A stretch of DNA of 63,182 bases, the filler included, from Pirum gemmata (Eukaryota): the NCBI GenBank assembly GCA_002812295.1. It is 23 parts of 23 records of this genome, joined end to end, with 100 filler letters (N's around TTAATTAATTAA, not from the genome) between each part and the next. Parts side by side here need not be neighbours in the genome. Positions count along the whole stretch, not along the records: positions 12,109 to 14,720 come from PDIN01005485.1; positions 14,821 to 17,399 come from PDIN01005486.1; positions 17,500 to 20,089 come from PDIN01005487.1; positions 20,190 to 22,733 come from PDIN01005488.1; positions 22,834 to 25,444 come from PDIN01005489.1; positions 25,545 to 28,126 come from PDIN01005490.1; 17 more parts are not named here. The stretch is one strand, 5' to 3'. The notes beneath the pieces were generated by a model. That model searched no databases. It was given only the letters and a program-made list of their open reading frames with translations, and was not told the DNA's origin. How positions within the stretch are numbered: the stretch's first letter is position 1; every line of letters begins with the position of its first letter. Below are positions 13,323 to 25,924 of the stretch, piece after piece. Position numbers and translations under genes: made by a program.

Positions 13323-13667
13323 TGTACCAAATGTAACTTGTTTTGGCAATAAATAATAATTAAATATTACTTATTTAGAAAATATGATACTTATTTGGGA
13401 AGCCAATTTTGTTACCAACTGTAACTTGTTTTGGCAAAAAATAATAATTAAATATTACTCATTTAGAAAATATGATACTTATTTGGGAAACCAATTTTTT
13501 TTTGTACCAACTGTAACTTGTTTGGGAAATAAATAATAATTAAATATTACTTATTTAGAAAATATGATTCTTATTTGGGAAGCCAATTTTGCTTTGTACC
13601 AACTGTAACTTGTTTTGGAAAAAAATAATAATTAATATTACTTATTTAGAAAATATGATACTTATTT
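13323..13667. repeat. About 90-bp tandem repeat, 4 copies
   Basis: Unit TACCAAMTGTAACTTGTTTTGG...AAATAATAATTAAATATTACTTATTTAGAAAATATGATACTTATTTGGGAA. Confidence 0.9.
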
Positions 13668-13975
13668 TACTCTAACAAACGAAACCAAATATTTTCCGAT
13701 TAATGTTGGATTTTTAAATGATATTAAAAGGAGTACCTCTAGTATTGTATTTGTGGAAAAAAATAAATAAAAACAAGGATACCGATCGATAACAAATGCA
13801 AAATAATATTATTGCATTATTATAAATAAAATTAAATATTATACAATGTTATCTTTATTACAAATAATTGATAATTTAAGTTTAGATTTCTAATAAAACT
13901 TAACGGTTATAACATACAATTATAAATCATTAATATTGTTTTTGCACATGCTATACAATATATAATATATTCAAT

Positions 13976-14537
13976 TTAATAATTTTTAGTAGTTATATTA
14001 TCTTGATAGCTAGGAAGTTGTTGTTGTTGTTGTTGTTGTTGTTGAACATTCATTGTATTATTCATCATTGCAGCCATCATTTTCTCGCCCATATCTTGAT
14101 ATGCGACAACCCCGCGCTTGACATTTCGCTCGTTAGCTGGTATTTCATCTGGTGTTCTAATAGTTAAGTAAAATTGAGCCATTGCAGCAACGTACATGCC
14201 ATGAATAAAAGGAGTACTTTCAACAACCTCGAACACTAATTTATCATTAGACCAAGCTCCAATTATTTTATTCAAACCTTTTACATAATGCTTTTCTTGG
14301 TGTTGTTGTAAATGTATTCCAACACAACAAACGGGAGGTAAAGACCAAAGCAATAATTTAAGTTGAAATTTTCGTCGAACTTCTTTGCACGCACTTTTCA
14401 CTTCTGAAAATAAAGTTTCCCATTCTGAGTGACTTAAATGGTTTTCTAAAACTTGTGGAAAAGTTTTATCTTTAATTCCGTTCACAGTGCGAACTTCTAC
14501 ACCACTTGGTAAAAGAAAAATTTCAGTTTCAAAATAC

Positions 14538-14539
<2 letters not shown>
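13976..14539 (-). CDS. Intronless 187-aa protein, possibly Erf4/GOLGA7-like
   Basis: Clean ORF. FPQVLENHLSHSEWETLFSEV followed by a hydrophobic segment with a CC pair resembles the Erf4/GOLGA7 pattern. The family call is tentative. Confidence 0.65.
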
Positions 14540-14568
<29 letters not shown>

Positions 14569-14919
14569 TATTATATTCTTAAAATTTAAATTTTTGTTAT
14601 TATTGTTATTGTAGTTTAGGTTTTATTTTTCTTGTTGTTTTTACTTTATTTTTTTTTTTGATTTGGTATTTAGCTTTTTTATATATGTTTTTTTTTTTCT
14701 TACAATTGAGAGTGTTATTANNNNNNNNNNNNNNNNNNNNNNNNNNNNNNNNNNNNNNNNNNNNTTAATTAATTAANNNNNNNNNNNNNNNNNNNNNNNN
14801 NNNNNNNNNNNNNNNNNNNNATTTATTTATTTATTTATTTATTTATTTATTTTCTAATAATACTAATAATAACAATTTTTTATTTTAAATCTTACAAAAA
14901 TACTATCTATATAATACAG

Positions 14920-16595
14920 CGTTGGATCGAATAAGAATGGAATTTATGAAACTCGATAATAGCAATAATTTTAATAATTTCCCTAGTACTCTAACTTACC
15001 TCAGTTTTCAAGACAACAGCTTGTCATTCATACATAACAATACATTTAACCATTTAAGTAATTTAGTAATTCTAAATTTCAAAAAAAATCCTCTCACTAG
15101 TATAGAACTGGGGTCTTTTAAAGGACTGAATAGCCTTACCAACTTATTGTTGGTAGGCACATTGTTACCGTCGTTTGAGGTTGGACTTCTAGATGGTATT
15201 CCTAATTTAAAAAAGTTTTACGGTTATGACAACCCATTGATTTCCTACATTGACGGGGATGTGTTTAAAAGAATTCCCGCTCTAACACAGCTTGAGTTAC
15301 AGAACAATAAATTAACTTTTATTGAAAACACCACTTTTCAATATGTACCTGAATTATTCAAATTAAATCTGGAATCCAACAGTCTTACTGATATAGCGAG
15401 TGCGGCCTTTATTTATAATACCGGCATTTATGACTTATTATTACGAGGAACTAGTATTTCGAAATTTCGAGATGGTGTTTTTGATCATTTTACTGTAGGT
15501 ATCACTACTATTGATGTCCAGGGTAGCCCACAATATTGCTGCAATATTATTAAACAATTTCCGAGTGCGCTGTTTCCTTTTTGCTTCAAATCCCCGAACA
15601 CTAATAAGGGAGTGCAGTTTATGTGTGAAATTAACGAGGGGAGTGGTGGGTTAACATTACGAAACAATGATAGCTTACCTGGCATTTGCTGTTCTCCTGA
15701 TAAAATTAGTGTTCAGATAAGCGGGCAACCTCCTGTTTGCACTCCTTGTATGGAGGTAAGTGGAGGTTATGGTATAGACAATGGTACATGTAAAAAATGT
15801 ACTGAATTATCGTCTTTTGCTGTTCTTGGAAACGGTTCTTGTGTTGAGTGTTCTGCGTCTGAACAGCATACTTTAAATGAAGCTGGTGTTTGTGTAGCAA
15901 CAACATCTTCAACGCCACCGGTAGATAAAACTACCATTATTGTGATCACTGTTACGCTAGGTGTTTTTGTCTTTCTTTTTCTGGGCTTAGCCATCTTTTT
16001 TCATATTCGTAAACAAGAGAAAAACGATTTGTTGGAAGGTAAAACTCCGGAGGAATTTATTAACGAAAATTTCACCAATGGTGAAGTGAAATTATATACC
16101 GATTCAGAGTACTTTTCCAATAAAAACGAAGATATTCTTAATAATGAGGCAATGGTTTCAACATGTAATATACAGAAGAACCAGGTAGAATATAGTAATA
16201 TTAATGGTTCCGTTATGAATATCAGTGGCGCCACCAACCAGAACGGCAATAAAAAGGATGGGATTATCTACACGGGTGTAGAATATACTAAAGATGATTA
16301 TGATTCCGTTAGGCCAAACGAACAAATAAGAACTCAAATAAGGCAATATTTGGACATGGCAAAAATTCATCATACTGAACTCAACGAAAATGAAAAGTTT
16401 GTAAAAGATAAAAGTTATTTGAAATTGGAAAAGGCTTATTTGGAAATGCAAAATGCAAATGAAATGATTCAAAATGAAAACCAGGAACTGAAAGCGGAAA
16501 AGTGGAAAGCAGAACAATTACAAGAAGAAAATGAACGTTTGAAAAAATTGCTACGTTCTTATCAAATAGAATATGATAATGTTAGTAAAAGTTAG
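14920..16595 (+). CDS. LRR single-pass receptor-like protein, terminal exon (LRRs, Cys-rich stalk, TM, Tyr-motif tail, coiled coil)
   Basis: About 8 LxxLxLxxNxL repeats, CxxC-rich region, TM IIVITVTLGVFVFLFLGLAIFF and a C-terminal heptad region. The CAG acceptor at 14917-14919 suggests upstream exons are missing. Confidence 0.9.
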
Positions 16596-17080
16596 GATAT
16601 TTGAAAAGAAATGATTTATTTTAGTTAATTATGGATAGTGTCATTTAAAGACACGACCCGATTAAAAAAAATTGTTTGGGGTACTTTCGCGAGATTTTCA
16701 AATAGTATTCGAATCCCGTTTGAACTCACTAAGTAAAATATCTTTCTACAGAATTTGGCAAGGTGGGTAAAAATTGGTCCCATTCAAATTTAACTTTTTT
16801 TAAAATATTATTTACGTTATTATTATTTAATAATATAAATAATAATAATATAATAATAATATATAGTACAGTATATATATACAGTACTATATGTAGTGCG
16901 ATATATGATATTATATATTCGATTGCTCCGCGGACATATCAAAATTTTTGCACTTTTACCACGATAGTTATTGAATTTAAAATTTCTAGTGACATGGTAG
17001 TAGACAGTGTTTCGGTTTTGTTATTTTGAAATTTCTCCCATTCATGCTTTATTATTATTATTATTTAAAATAAAAATATT

Positions 17081-17399
17081 TTAAAAAGAAGTCCTCGGTA
17101 CGTTGTTGTTGATATCGTTATTATTTTCGAAAATTTTGAACGATCGTAAAGGTGAATTGAAACTAGGAATGTTAGAATAAGTCACCTGCACGTGTCTGGG
17201 TGATTGCTTTGTTGGAGTTAATGGTTTTCTTTGTGATTCATTATGCTCAGGAGAAGAATAGGAATTTCCATTGTTATCAATAATGACTCCATTACTACTT
17301 CCATTATTAGAGTTATTGCTATTCCTCCTCCTATTATTATTATTGTTGTTGTTGTTACCATTGCCTAAACTATTATTATTATTATTATTATTATTATTA
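17081..17399 (-). CDS. 3' end of an Asn-rich protein, unknown
   Basis: Open frame from the contig edge: poly-N...RRRNSNNSNNGSSNGVIIDNNGNSYSSPEHNESQRKPLTPTKQSPRHVQVTYSNIPSFNSPLRSFKIFENNNDINNNVPRTSF-TAA. Confidence 0.6.
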
Positions 17400-17499
17400 N
17401 NNNNNNNNNNNNNNNNNNNNNNNNNNNNNNNNNNNNNNNNNNNTTAATTAATTAANNNNNNNNNNNNNNNNNNNNNNNNNNNNNNNNNNNNNNNNNNNN

Positions 17500-18955
17500 T
17501 TAGGGTTAGGGTTAGGGTTAGGGGTTAGGGTTAGGGTTAGGGGTTAGTTAGGGGCTAGGGTTAGGAGTTAGGGTTACGGTTACGGTTACGGTTACGGTTA
17601 TTACGGTTACGGTTACGGTTAGTTAGGGTTTTTAGGTTAGGGTTAGTTAGGGTTAGGGTTAGGGTTAGGGTTAGGTACGTTTTTATGGTTAGACCTCCGG
17701 TTACGGTTACGGTTTGATAGGGTTAGGGTTAGAGGGTTAGGGTTAGCTATAGGGTTTTATATTACCGTTATATTAGTTAGGGTTAGTGTATTAATACATG
17801 TTCTATTCCTAGTTAGGTGTTAATTATAGGGTTATAATTAGGGGTGAGGGTTAGAATTAGGGTTGAAAGTTAGTTACTAGCTATATAGTCTATAGGCATA
17901 CGTTATAATTAGGGTTAGTACCGGTTAGGGTTAGGGTTACGGTTACGGTTAGGGTTTGGGTTTCGCGAATTGGGTTACAGTTATATATTAGGTATATGAT
18001 AATTATGGGGGTTAGGTAGGGTTAGAATTATAAATTAGGCCTACTAAGGTTAAGGTTATAATTATAATTAACGTTATAATTAATATTATAATAGTTTATA
18101 TTTTAATAATAATTAATATTAATATTAGCTATAGTTATATATAGTAGTACCGGTTAGGTTAGGGTTAGGATTAGGGGGTTAGTGGTTAGGTAGGGTTAGA
18201 ATTATAAATTAGGCATAAGGTTAAGGTTAGAATTATAATTAACGTTATAATATAACTATAATAATTTAATAATAATTAATACCGGTATTAGCTATAGTTA
18301 TATATAGTAGTACCGGTTAGGTTAGGGTTAGGATTAGGGGGTTAGGGGCAGGGGTAGGGGTAGGGTTGGGGTTAGGGTTGGGGTTAGGGTTGGGGTTAAG
18401 ATTTTACGGTCAGGGTTAATTAAGGTTTTAAGGATGAGGATTATAATTGTAATTAGGGTTAGGGTTAATTAAGGTAAAAAATTATAAATTACGTTTACGG
18501 TTAGGGTTAGGGTTAGGATTATAAATTAATATTATTTAATTAAGGTTAGGGTACCGGTACCGGTTATAATTTGGGTTAGGGTTAGGGTTAGGGTTAACGT
18601 TTAATAGGGTTAATTAATAGGTTATAATTACCGTTATACAATAATATTCAATGCGTATGTATACGGTTACGGTTACGACTACGGTTTAATACGCTGAATC
18701 TCGAGTTGAGTTGATTAAAAATAGGGTTAGGGTTAGGGTTATAGTTAGGGTTAGGATGGTTAGGGTCAGGGTTGAGGTTATTAGGGTTAGGCTTAAGGTT
18801 AAAAGGTTTTGATGGTTAGCTATAGGGTTATTAAGGTTATAAATTGGGGTTAGGGAAAGTTATAGTTACGGTTAGGGGTTATAAATAGGCTAGAGTTAGG
18901 GTTATAAATAGGGTTAGGGTTACAATTAGGGTTAGGGTTAGGGTTAGGGGTTGGG
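17500..18955 (+). repeat. 1.45-kb degenerate TTAGGG/TTACGG tract with short insertions and an internal duplication
   Basis: TTAGGG backbone interrupted by short inserts. About 18008-18182 is duplicated at about 18184-18345. Confidence 0.85.
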
Positions 18956-19420
18956 GCTCTCCATTAGGTTTAGAACTGATTTATAAATATAATAAACTAA
19001 AAGGTTTAATTTAACATAGGGACGGATGACGTCACAATAATATTTTTTATTTCTTAATTTTTTATTAGGAAAAAGACTTATTTATTAGTTCAAGTTACAC
19101 CTCTTAGACCAAATAGATATCTCAATTCGAGTTTTAAGTCTCGGGTCAGTTCGAAAAGGACAAGTTCGGACTATCAAATCGCCCGAAAAAAAAAGGAACG
19201 TTCTGTTTTCTAAGCGCTAAAGAATCCGTCCGAAATCCGAGTTCATTTTCGGATCAGTTCGAAAAGGACTGACTGGTTTATCACTTGTTGGCAAAAGTTC
19301 ATTGTATGTTATGTTTAAACTAGCTAGTGTTTTCTACACACTATTTCGAATCAGTTCGATATCAAAATCTTAATTCGAGTTAAGTTTCGGGTCAACAGTT
19401 ACTATAGTATAGATTCACGT

Positions 19421-19803
19421 CCTAAACGGTTCGAGTCCGCCCGCAAACCGGTTAAACCGTTCGTGTCCGCCCTAAACCGTTCGAGTCCACCCTAAACCGT
19501 TCGAGTCCACCCTAAACCGTTCGAGTCCACCCTAAACCGTTCGAGTCCACCCTAAACCGTTCGAGTCCACCCTAAACCGTTCGAGTCCACCCTAAACCGT
19601 TCGAGTCCACCCTAAACCGTTCGAGTCCACCCTAAACCGTTCGAGTCCACCCTAAACCGTTCGAGTCCACCCTAAACCGTTCGAGTCCACCCTAAACCGT
19701 TCGAGTCCACCCTAAACCGTTCGAGTCCACCCTAAACCGTTCGAGTCCACCCTAAACCGTTCGAGTCCACCCTAAACCGTTCGAGTCCACCCTAAACCGT
19801 TCN
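19421..19803. repeat. 20-bp minisatellite (CCCTAAACCGTTCGAGTCCA)n
   Basis: About 16-17 identical units preceded by a few variant units; runs into a single-N gap. Confidence 0.95.
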
Positions 19804-20218
19804 TAATTGGATATGTTTTTCATTTACAGCGTTGACCTTAATTAGGTTCAATTACCGATTTCATCATAGCAAATTATAAAAAATTCAAGAATTACAAAAA
19901 CCCATACACGGCTATAGCTGTAAACAATAGAATACAAACTACCTAATAAGCCAGTGTATTAAACTAATAGCCAAATAACTGTTAACAATAGAATAAAAAC
20001 TACCTAATAAGCCAGTGTATTAAACTAATAGCCACATTTTAATTAATTTCATATGTTTTTCATTTACAGCGTTGACCTTAATTAGGTTCNNNNNNNNNNN
20101 NNNNNNNNNNNNNNNNNNNNNNNNNNNNNNNNNTTAATTAATTAANNNNNNNNNNNNNNNNNNNNNNNNNNNNNNNNNNNNNNNNNNNNATAATAATAAT
20201 AATAATAATAATAATAAC

Positions 20219-21252
20219 CTTTTCATCAAGTTTAAAGTGAAGAGAAATGGCAGTGGATTTAATAGTAATAGAACGTGCTTGTTCATCAGGACGGGTGTCC
20301 ATAATACGTGCATCCCCAGCTTTAGCTTCAGCAATGATACCAGCTTTGGCTACTAAAGAGTCAGTCAAAGTGGATTTACCGTGATCTACGTGGGCAATAA
20401 CGGACATATTACGGATATTTTTACCGCGGTCCATAATCTCCCGGACCTCATCAACCGTGAACTTAACTATTTTTGAAATATGATGTTAAATGTTAGTTAG
20501 GACGGTGGGGTGGGTTATTAAAATGTAATAAAATAAGTTACATAATATTTGCATTTATTTAACATAATTCTATTGAACACTTGAGTACAACAATAAGTCA
20601 AAACTAAGTACAACAATTAGTCAACACTAAATAAACTACACCAATTAGTCAACACTAAATAAAGTACACCAATTAGTCAACACTAAATAAAGTACACCAA
20701 TTAGTCAACACTACACTAAAGTACACCAATTAGTCAACACTATATATATTAAGTACACCAAATTAGTCGAGAAGAAACATTACACTAAAATAAAAAACAA
20801 TAAAACTAAAAAAATACAAAAACTACCATTTTGAATTCAAGTAGTAACTATTAAATACTTATTAGTTTCATAATTTCATTATTTATAGTTTACAATTACA
20901 TTTTATTTTGACTTATAATTTTTGTTACTTTAAAAAACTTGATAATGCTTAGTAAAACTAAAATGTGGTCTTCAAAACCCTATCAACTCATTTTCCTTCA
21001 CAATAAAGTTACGATTGAAGAATGATTGAAGATTGATGTATAACACAAAATTCATGAAATAAAAAATTAAAAAGTAAGCAATAATAACTATTGTATAATA
21101 ATAACAATAGTAATTATAATCATAATCATAATAAGTTTAATAATAATTTAATCATTGCTTTCAAAAATAAAATCTAATGATGCTACGATGGTACGATGAT
21201 TATAAGATAATGGTAATACAGAATTTTGATTAATTTAACATAACATACCCAT
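20219..21252 (-). CDS. EEF2: Eukaryotic elongation factor 2, 5' part (ATGG at 21249-21252 spliced to exon 20219-20466)
   Basis: [47 protein letters not shown]...[20 protein letters not shown]. The ATGG|GTATGT donor and ATAG|TTAAG acceptor restore MVKFT. Placement of exon 1 is less certain than the gene identity. Confidence 0.95.
20585..20770. repeat. About 27-bp minisatellite in the eEF2 intron
   Basis: Repeated AAGTACACCAATTAGTCAACACTA. Confidence 0.85.
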
Positions 21253-21329
21253 CTTGGCTTATTTTCCTCTTACTTTTTTGCCTTTGGAAAATTGTTTAAA
21301 AATAATATCATAAAATATCAAATAAAATG

Positions 21330-21391
<62 letters not shown>

Positions 21392-21668
21392 ACTCACACA
21401 CCAAGGACATCATTAATGACGTCATCATAAATACACAGACCTCCCCACCTTCTGACCCTATCAGATGAAAATTATAGGCTTTATATTGCGATCTAAGCCA
21501 TTTAAATGAAAATCTAGAAAACAAGTATTTCAAAAAGTGACGTCATTAATGAATGTCAGCAGCTACTCGCCTACTCCCTCTAGCTAGCTAGCTAGCTAGG
21601 AACCCACGGTCTAGCAATAAGGGCTACTAGCTAGATAGTAGTCTCTAGCTAGCTAGAGCTATTAGTAG

Positions 21669-21850
21669 CTATGGCGCAAACAACTCAAAAAACGTCCGAT
21701 TTTCGGGATTCACCAGAATTTTTAGTTTTCAAACATAAGTCATTTAATAGGTATTTTATAGGTTTGAAATTTTCGAACATAGAAAAAAAAAAAGGTTGGA
21801 CTTTTCAATAGTAAAAAAAGTTGGATGTTTTTAAATTATTTGCGCCATAG
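21669..21850. mobile_element. MITE family C (related sequence at about 4295-4430)
   Basis: 15-bp TIR CTATGGCGCAAAYAA (14/15 match). The internal AATAGGTATTTWATAGGTTTGAA block is shared with the copy near 4350. Confidence 0.7.
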
Positions 21851-21865
21851 TAGTAACACTACTAG

Positions 21866-21975
21866 TAGCGTTCGGGTAATACGTCACGTCAAAGGGTAGG
21901 TAGGTAGGTGGTATTTGACCGGAAATTAACGTTAGGGGGTAGGTAGGAAGGGGTATTTGAAGCTGTACTTGACCG
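21866..21975. mobile_element. End fragment of a Harbinger-like MITE; inverted copy at 30382-30493
   Basis: Reverse-complement match between the two sites. 30474-30493 ends CGTATTATTTGAACGCTCCC|TAA, like the TIR of 1838-2059. Confidence 0.7.
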
Positions 21976-22028
21976 TAAATTGGCAACAACTTCTAACTAT
22001 CAATAAAGCTCAATTAGTCTACTGTAGA

Positions 22029-22085
<57 letters not shown>

Positions 22086-22356
22086 GGAAAAAAAATCTAT
22101 ATGTATAAAAAAAAAAAAAATCTAAATTTTTCGAGCTGAAAAAAATTATTCCTATTTTTTTCATAATAAATTGTTTGGCTCGGTTTGGAAAAAAATTGAA
22201 TCAAAACTTTGGAAAACGTTATTGAAAAGTTGAAACAATGTGGCGGCCATGCCTCATCATGAGGTGGAAGTGCGAGGGCCATGAGTGTTCTTATAAAAAT
22301 GACGTAATAATTCTATTAATGACATCATACTTTTTAGGCACCTTGCCTGTGAGTTG

Positions 22357-22540
22357 TTAGGGTTAGGGTTAGGGTCTGTTAGTTAGGGTTACGGTTAGTA
22401 GGGTCTTTAGGGTTAGGGTTAGGTTCTGTTAGGGTTAGGGTCTGTTAGGGTTAGGGTTAGGGTCTGTTAGGGTTAGGGTTAGGGGTGTTAGGGTTAGGGT
22501 TAGGGTAGGGGTTAGGGTTAGGGTTAGGTTTAATAGGGTT
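22357..22540 (+). repeat. Interstitial TTAGGG array with TCTG-insert variants
   Basis: Seen directly. Confidence 0.9.
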
Positions 22541-22938
22541 GATATTTTACTTTATTTTTATATAGACTAGCAGTAGACTAGCTAGCCTTCATAGCTCTAG
22601 TAGTAGCTAGTCTACGTAAACTATATATCTGGGACTATATAATATTATATCAGATATTTATTTTATAAATAATATGATTATGATATTTATAATTAGTAAT
22701 AGTAATAGTAATAGTAATAGTAATAGTAATAGTNNNNNNNNNNNNNNNNNNNNNNNNNNNNNNNNNNNNNNNNNNNNTTAATTAATTAANNNNNNNNNNN
22801 NNNNNNNNNNNNNNNNNNNNNNNNNNNNNNNNNTTATTATTATTATTTATTATTTATTCGTGCGTTTCTTATTGGTTTTTTATTTATGCAACAGTAAAAG
22901 TAACAATTAAGTTTTTACACTCCCGTTTATGTAAATAG

Positions 22939-23032
22939 GCGTGATATTAAAGTAGGGGAGCAAATAATTATAAACTATGGAGAACTAACCCATGATGAAC
23001 TGTTTATGAAGTATGGCTTCGTGTGGGAGTAA
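22939..23032 (+). CDS. Exon of a SET-domain lysine methyltransferase (SETD3/SETD4/Rubisco-LSMT class), end of SET domain
   Basis: AG acceptor then RDIKVGEQIIINYGELTHDELFMKYGFVW, matching GEExxxxYGxxxxxxLLxxYGF. It may end at TAA 23030-23032 or splice onward at GT 23029. Confidence 0.8.
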
Positions 23033-24177
23033 ATTTCAAAAGAAGGAATGGACATTTTTTTTAAACTTGCCTTATGTTTTATTGTATTTCCTCACAAAAA
23101 ACATAGATTTGAATAGTAAAGATCAAGATACGTGGCAATCAAAGATTAAGCTTGTTCTTGTCGCTGGTTAAAATTTTGTGTATATTTTACGAGCTTTGTT
23201 ATTGTACAAGTTTATACGATAGTCACTCCTGCTAACAACACAGCCCCTGTAGGTTCGATAAGAGTAACAAGTAAAAGAGACCCAGACCCATTTATCAAAA
23301 ATTTCAAAACTAACAATAGATAGGTCATTAAATTTTCTATGAGAGCATTTCTATCTTATTTACACTCTTTATGGATTTCCTTCATTGTTTTGGTTATGCT
23401 GATGAATTGAAGAAACATTTGGCATTAATTATATATTATTGTTATTATTTATATTTAAATGTTTTTTTTTTTTCCCGAATGTTTTATATTTATTTTCAGG
23501 CATTAGTGGTGTAACTATGCCATACCCAGCTTTCGAAGTGTGCAAAACACATTTGATCTAAGATCTTGCCTGCGTCTTGTTCGGCTAGTCTGTTCGTATA
23601 CCCCGACCCTTGTGCAATGATGACTAATTTATTTTCATTCAAAACCCTTCTAAATGTGCCACAAAACCAGTCAGATTCTTCATTTTTAGATAATTGTATT
23701 TAAAAAAACAATAACAAGTAAAAAAAAACAATAGCAAGTAAAAAAAAACACAAAAAAAAAAATTCACATTAAATTTTTACAAAATTGTGGTAGTCTGTAG
23801 CAGGTCTTTTCATAGTCTTTTCATGTTATGCAACATCTAGATTCGACAAGTTTCAAAACTGCACGGTTTTAGATGGAAAAACAGCTATAAAAGTAATTGT
23901 TAGGTACAGATATCATTTGTTCATTAAGATAATATTTTAAGTTATATAGAAAGAGGGTATCAAACGTTGGATTTTGGTACAACTTTCGAGTCGTAGCTTG
24001 ATTCTACCCAAAGTTACAAACGAATAAGAAAATTTTTGACGGGACATTATGGTCCTACTCTAGCTAGTAAAGCTGGAGACAAGGGGAGATGAGGCGATGT
24101 CGATGGACTGAGATATACTGAGCCGAATCGACTTGAGTTGACGAGTCGTAGGCGAGACTAGTCTAAGAAAAAAACTA

Positions 24178-24364
24178 TTGTGCTTTTCATACTTTGTCAC
24201 TCTGAATATTTATTTGGTGGGTTATAACATTTAAATTGATATGTTTAAATGAATATAATATAGATAATAAAGCATACTAAATTAAATTAAATGGATTTAT
24301 ATTGTATTAATCTGGTACTTTTAATTTGTATGTTTTATGATGACAAAACCACTGAAAAGCACTA
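24178..24364. mobile_element. MITE family A, about 190 bp, TA-flanked
   Basis: TA|TTGTGCTTTTCA...TTTGTCA and TGACAAAA...TGAAAAGCACTA|TA, with internal TACCAAAT/ATTTGGTA-type inverted blocks. Confidence 0.8.
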
Positions 24365-24585
24365 TAGTCTAAGAAAAAACAAAGAGGGAGCTGAAAAACC
24401 TAGATTTTCTGATACATGGGGTACAAAACTTCTAAACTTCGGATTACTCAAGTTTGAGACTACTTTTGAAAAAATGACTTTTTTTACGTTCACTTTTCGC
24501 AGCAAATGAAAATTAAGGAAAAATTTTCGAATAAGATATAAATAAGATATTCTACAATTTAACCAATCAAAATTTATTAATTGTT

Positions 24586-24626
<41 letters not shown>

Positions 24627-25924
24627 AGTGAGTAGGCCGAAGGCGAGGTCTAACGATTTTAAAAAAATTATATATAAATACAAAAAATAAATGGATTTCA
24701 TCTTTTTAGGAGCGTTCATATAATATTATTTTCAACTTCATATAATATTATCCTGGTAGTTGGTACCTTCAAATTCATTAAATAGTACTAGTGTCCTTTG
24801 AATTTATAAATAAGATTTTTATTTTATTAATTTTTTATCATAAACTTAGTATCATACGCTCATCATACGTATAGCAAAATATAATTAAAAATGGTTTTAA
24901 TATTATTTAAAAAATAAAATTAAAATTTTCCCATTCTGTCTGGGTATAATTATATTAAGCAAAAATCTACAACGAATTACTAAAAATAAGCATATAAAGG
25001 TCTAAACAAAGTAACAGTAATACCGTGTACGATAGCAAAAAAATTAAAGCAAAAATCAGCAAGAATCAGCAAGAATCAGCAAGAATCAGCAACAAATTAC
25101 TAAATAACCATACAATAATCTAAACGAAGTAACAGTAATACCGTATACGATAAATTTTTAGGGCCAATGTGTAATTGTCAATGATGAGTGTCAAATTAAA
25201 CTTGTCAATGAGTCGATTTATGAAATAATGGGTATCGAATTGTTCAAAATAGGATTTCCCAAAAGAATAAACCAAGCAACTAGACCTAACTAGCACTGCC
25301 ACGATATCATAGAAACTAGTTGAAGAGTTTTTTTTTTTTTTTTTTGCTTGAACTCCTAGTCGTTTTTCAAATAACGTTCGAAACTATTCAAAATTTAAAT
25401 CAAATTTTTCGATCAGAGACAAATATTTGTCGTTTTTTTTTTGGNNNNNNNNNNNNNNNNNNNNNNNNNNNNNNNNNNNNNNNNNNNNTTAATTAATTAA
25501 NNNNNNNNNNNNNNNNNNNNNNNNNNNNNNNNNNNNNNNNNNNNAATTTAATTTAATTTAATTTAATTTAATTTTAATTAATTTTAATTAATTTTAATTA
25601 ATTTTAATTAATTTTAATTAATTTTATTAATTTTGTAAATTTAATTAATTTTGTAAATTTGATTAATTTTATTAATTTAATTAATTTTATTAATTTAATT
25701 AATTTTATTAATTTGATTAATTTGTTAATTGATTTTATTAATTTAATTAATTAATTTTATTAATTTAATTAATTTATTTAATCAGCTATTTAATTTATTT
25801 AATTTATTTAAATTTGATTTTAGTTTTAAATTTATCTAATTTAATTAATTTTATTTAATTAATTTAATTTCATTTCATTTCATTTAATTTTGAATTTAAT
25901 AAATTATACTAAACAACCTACATT

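Noticed and set aside
19421..19803. CRISPR array
   Set aside because: The units are head-to-tail and identical, with no spacers.
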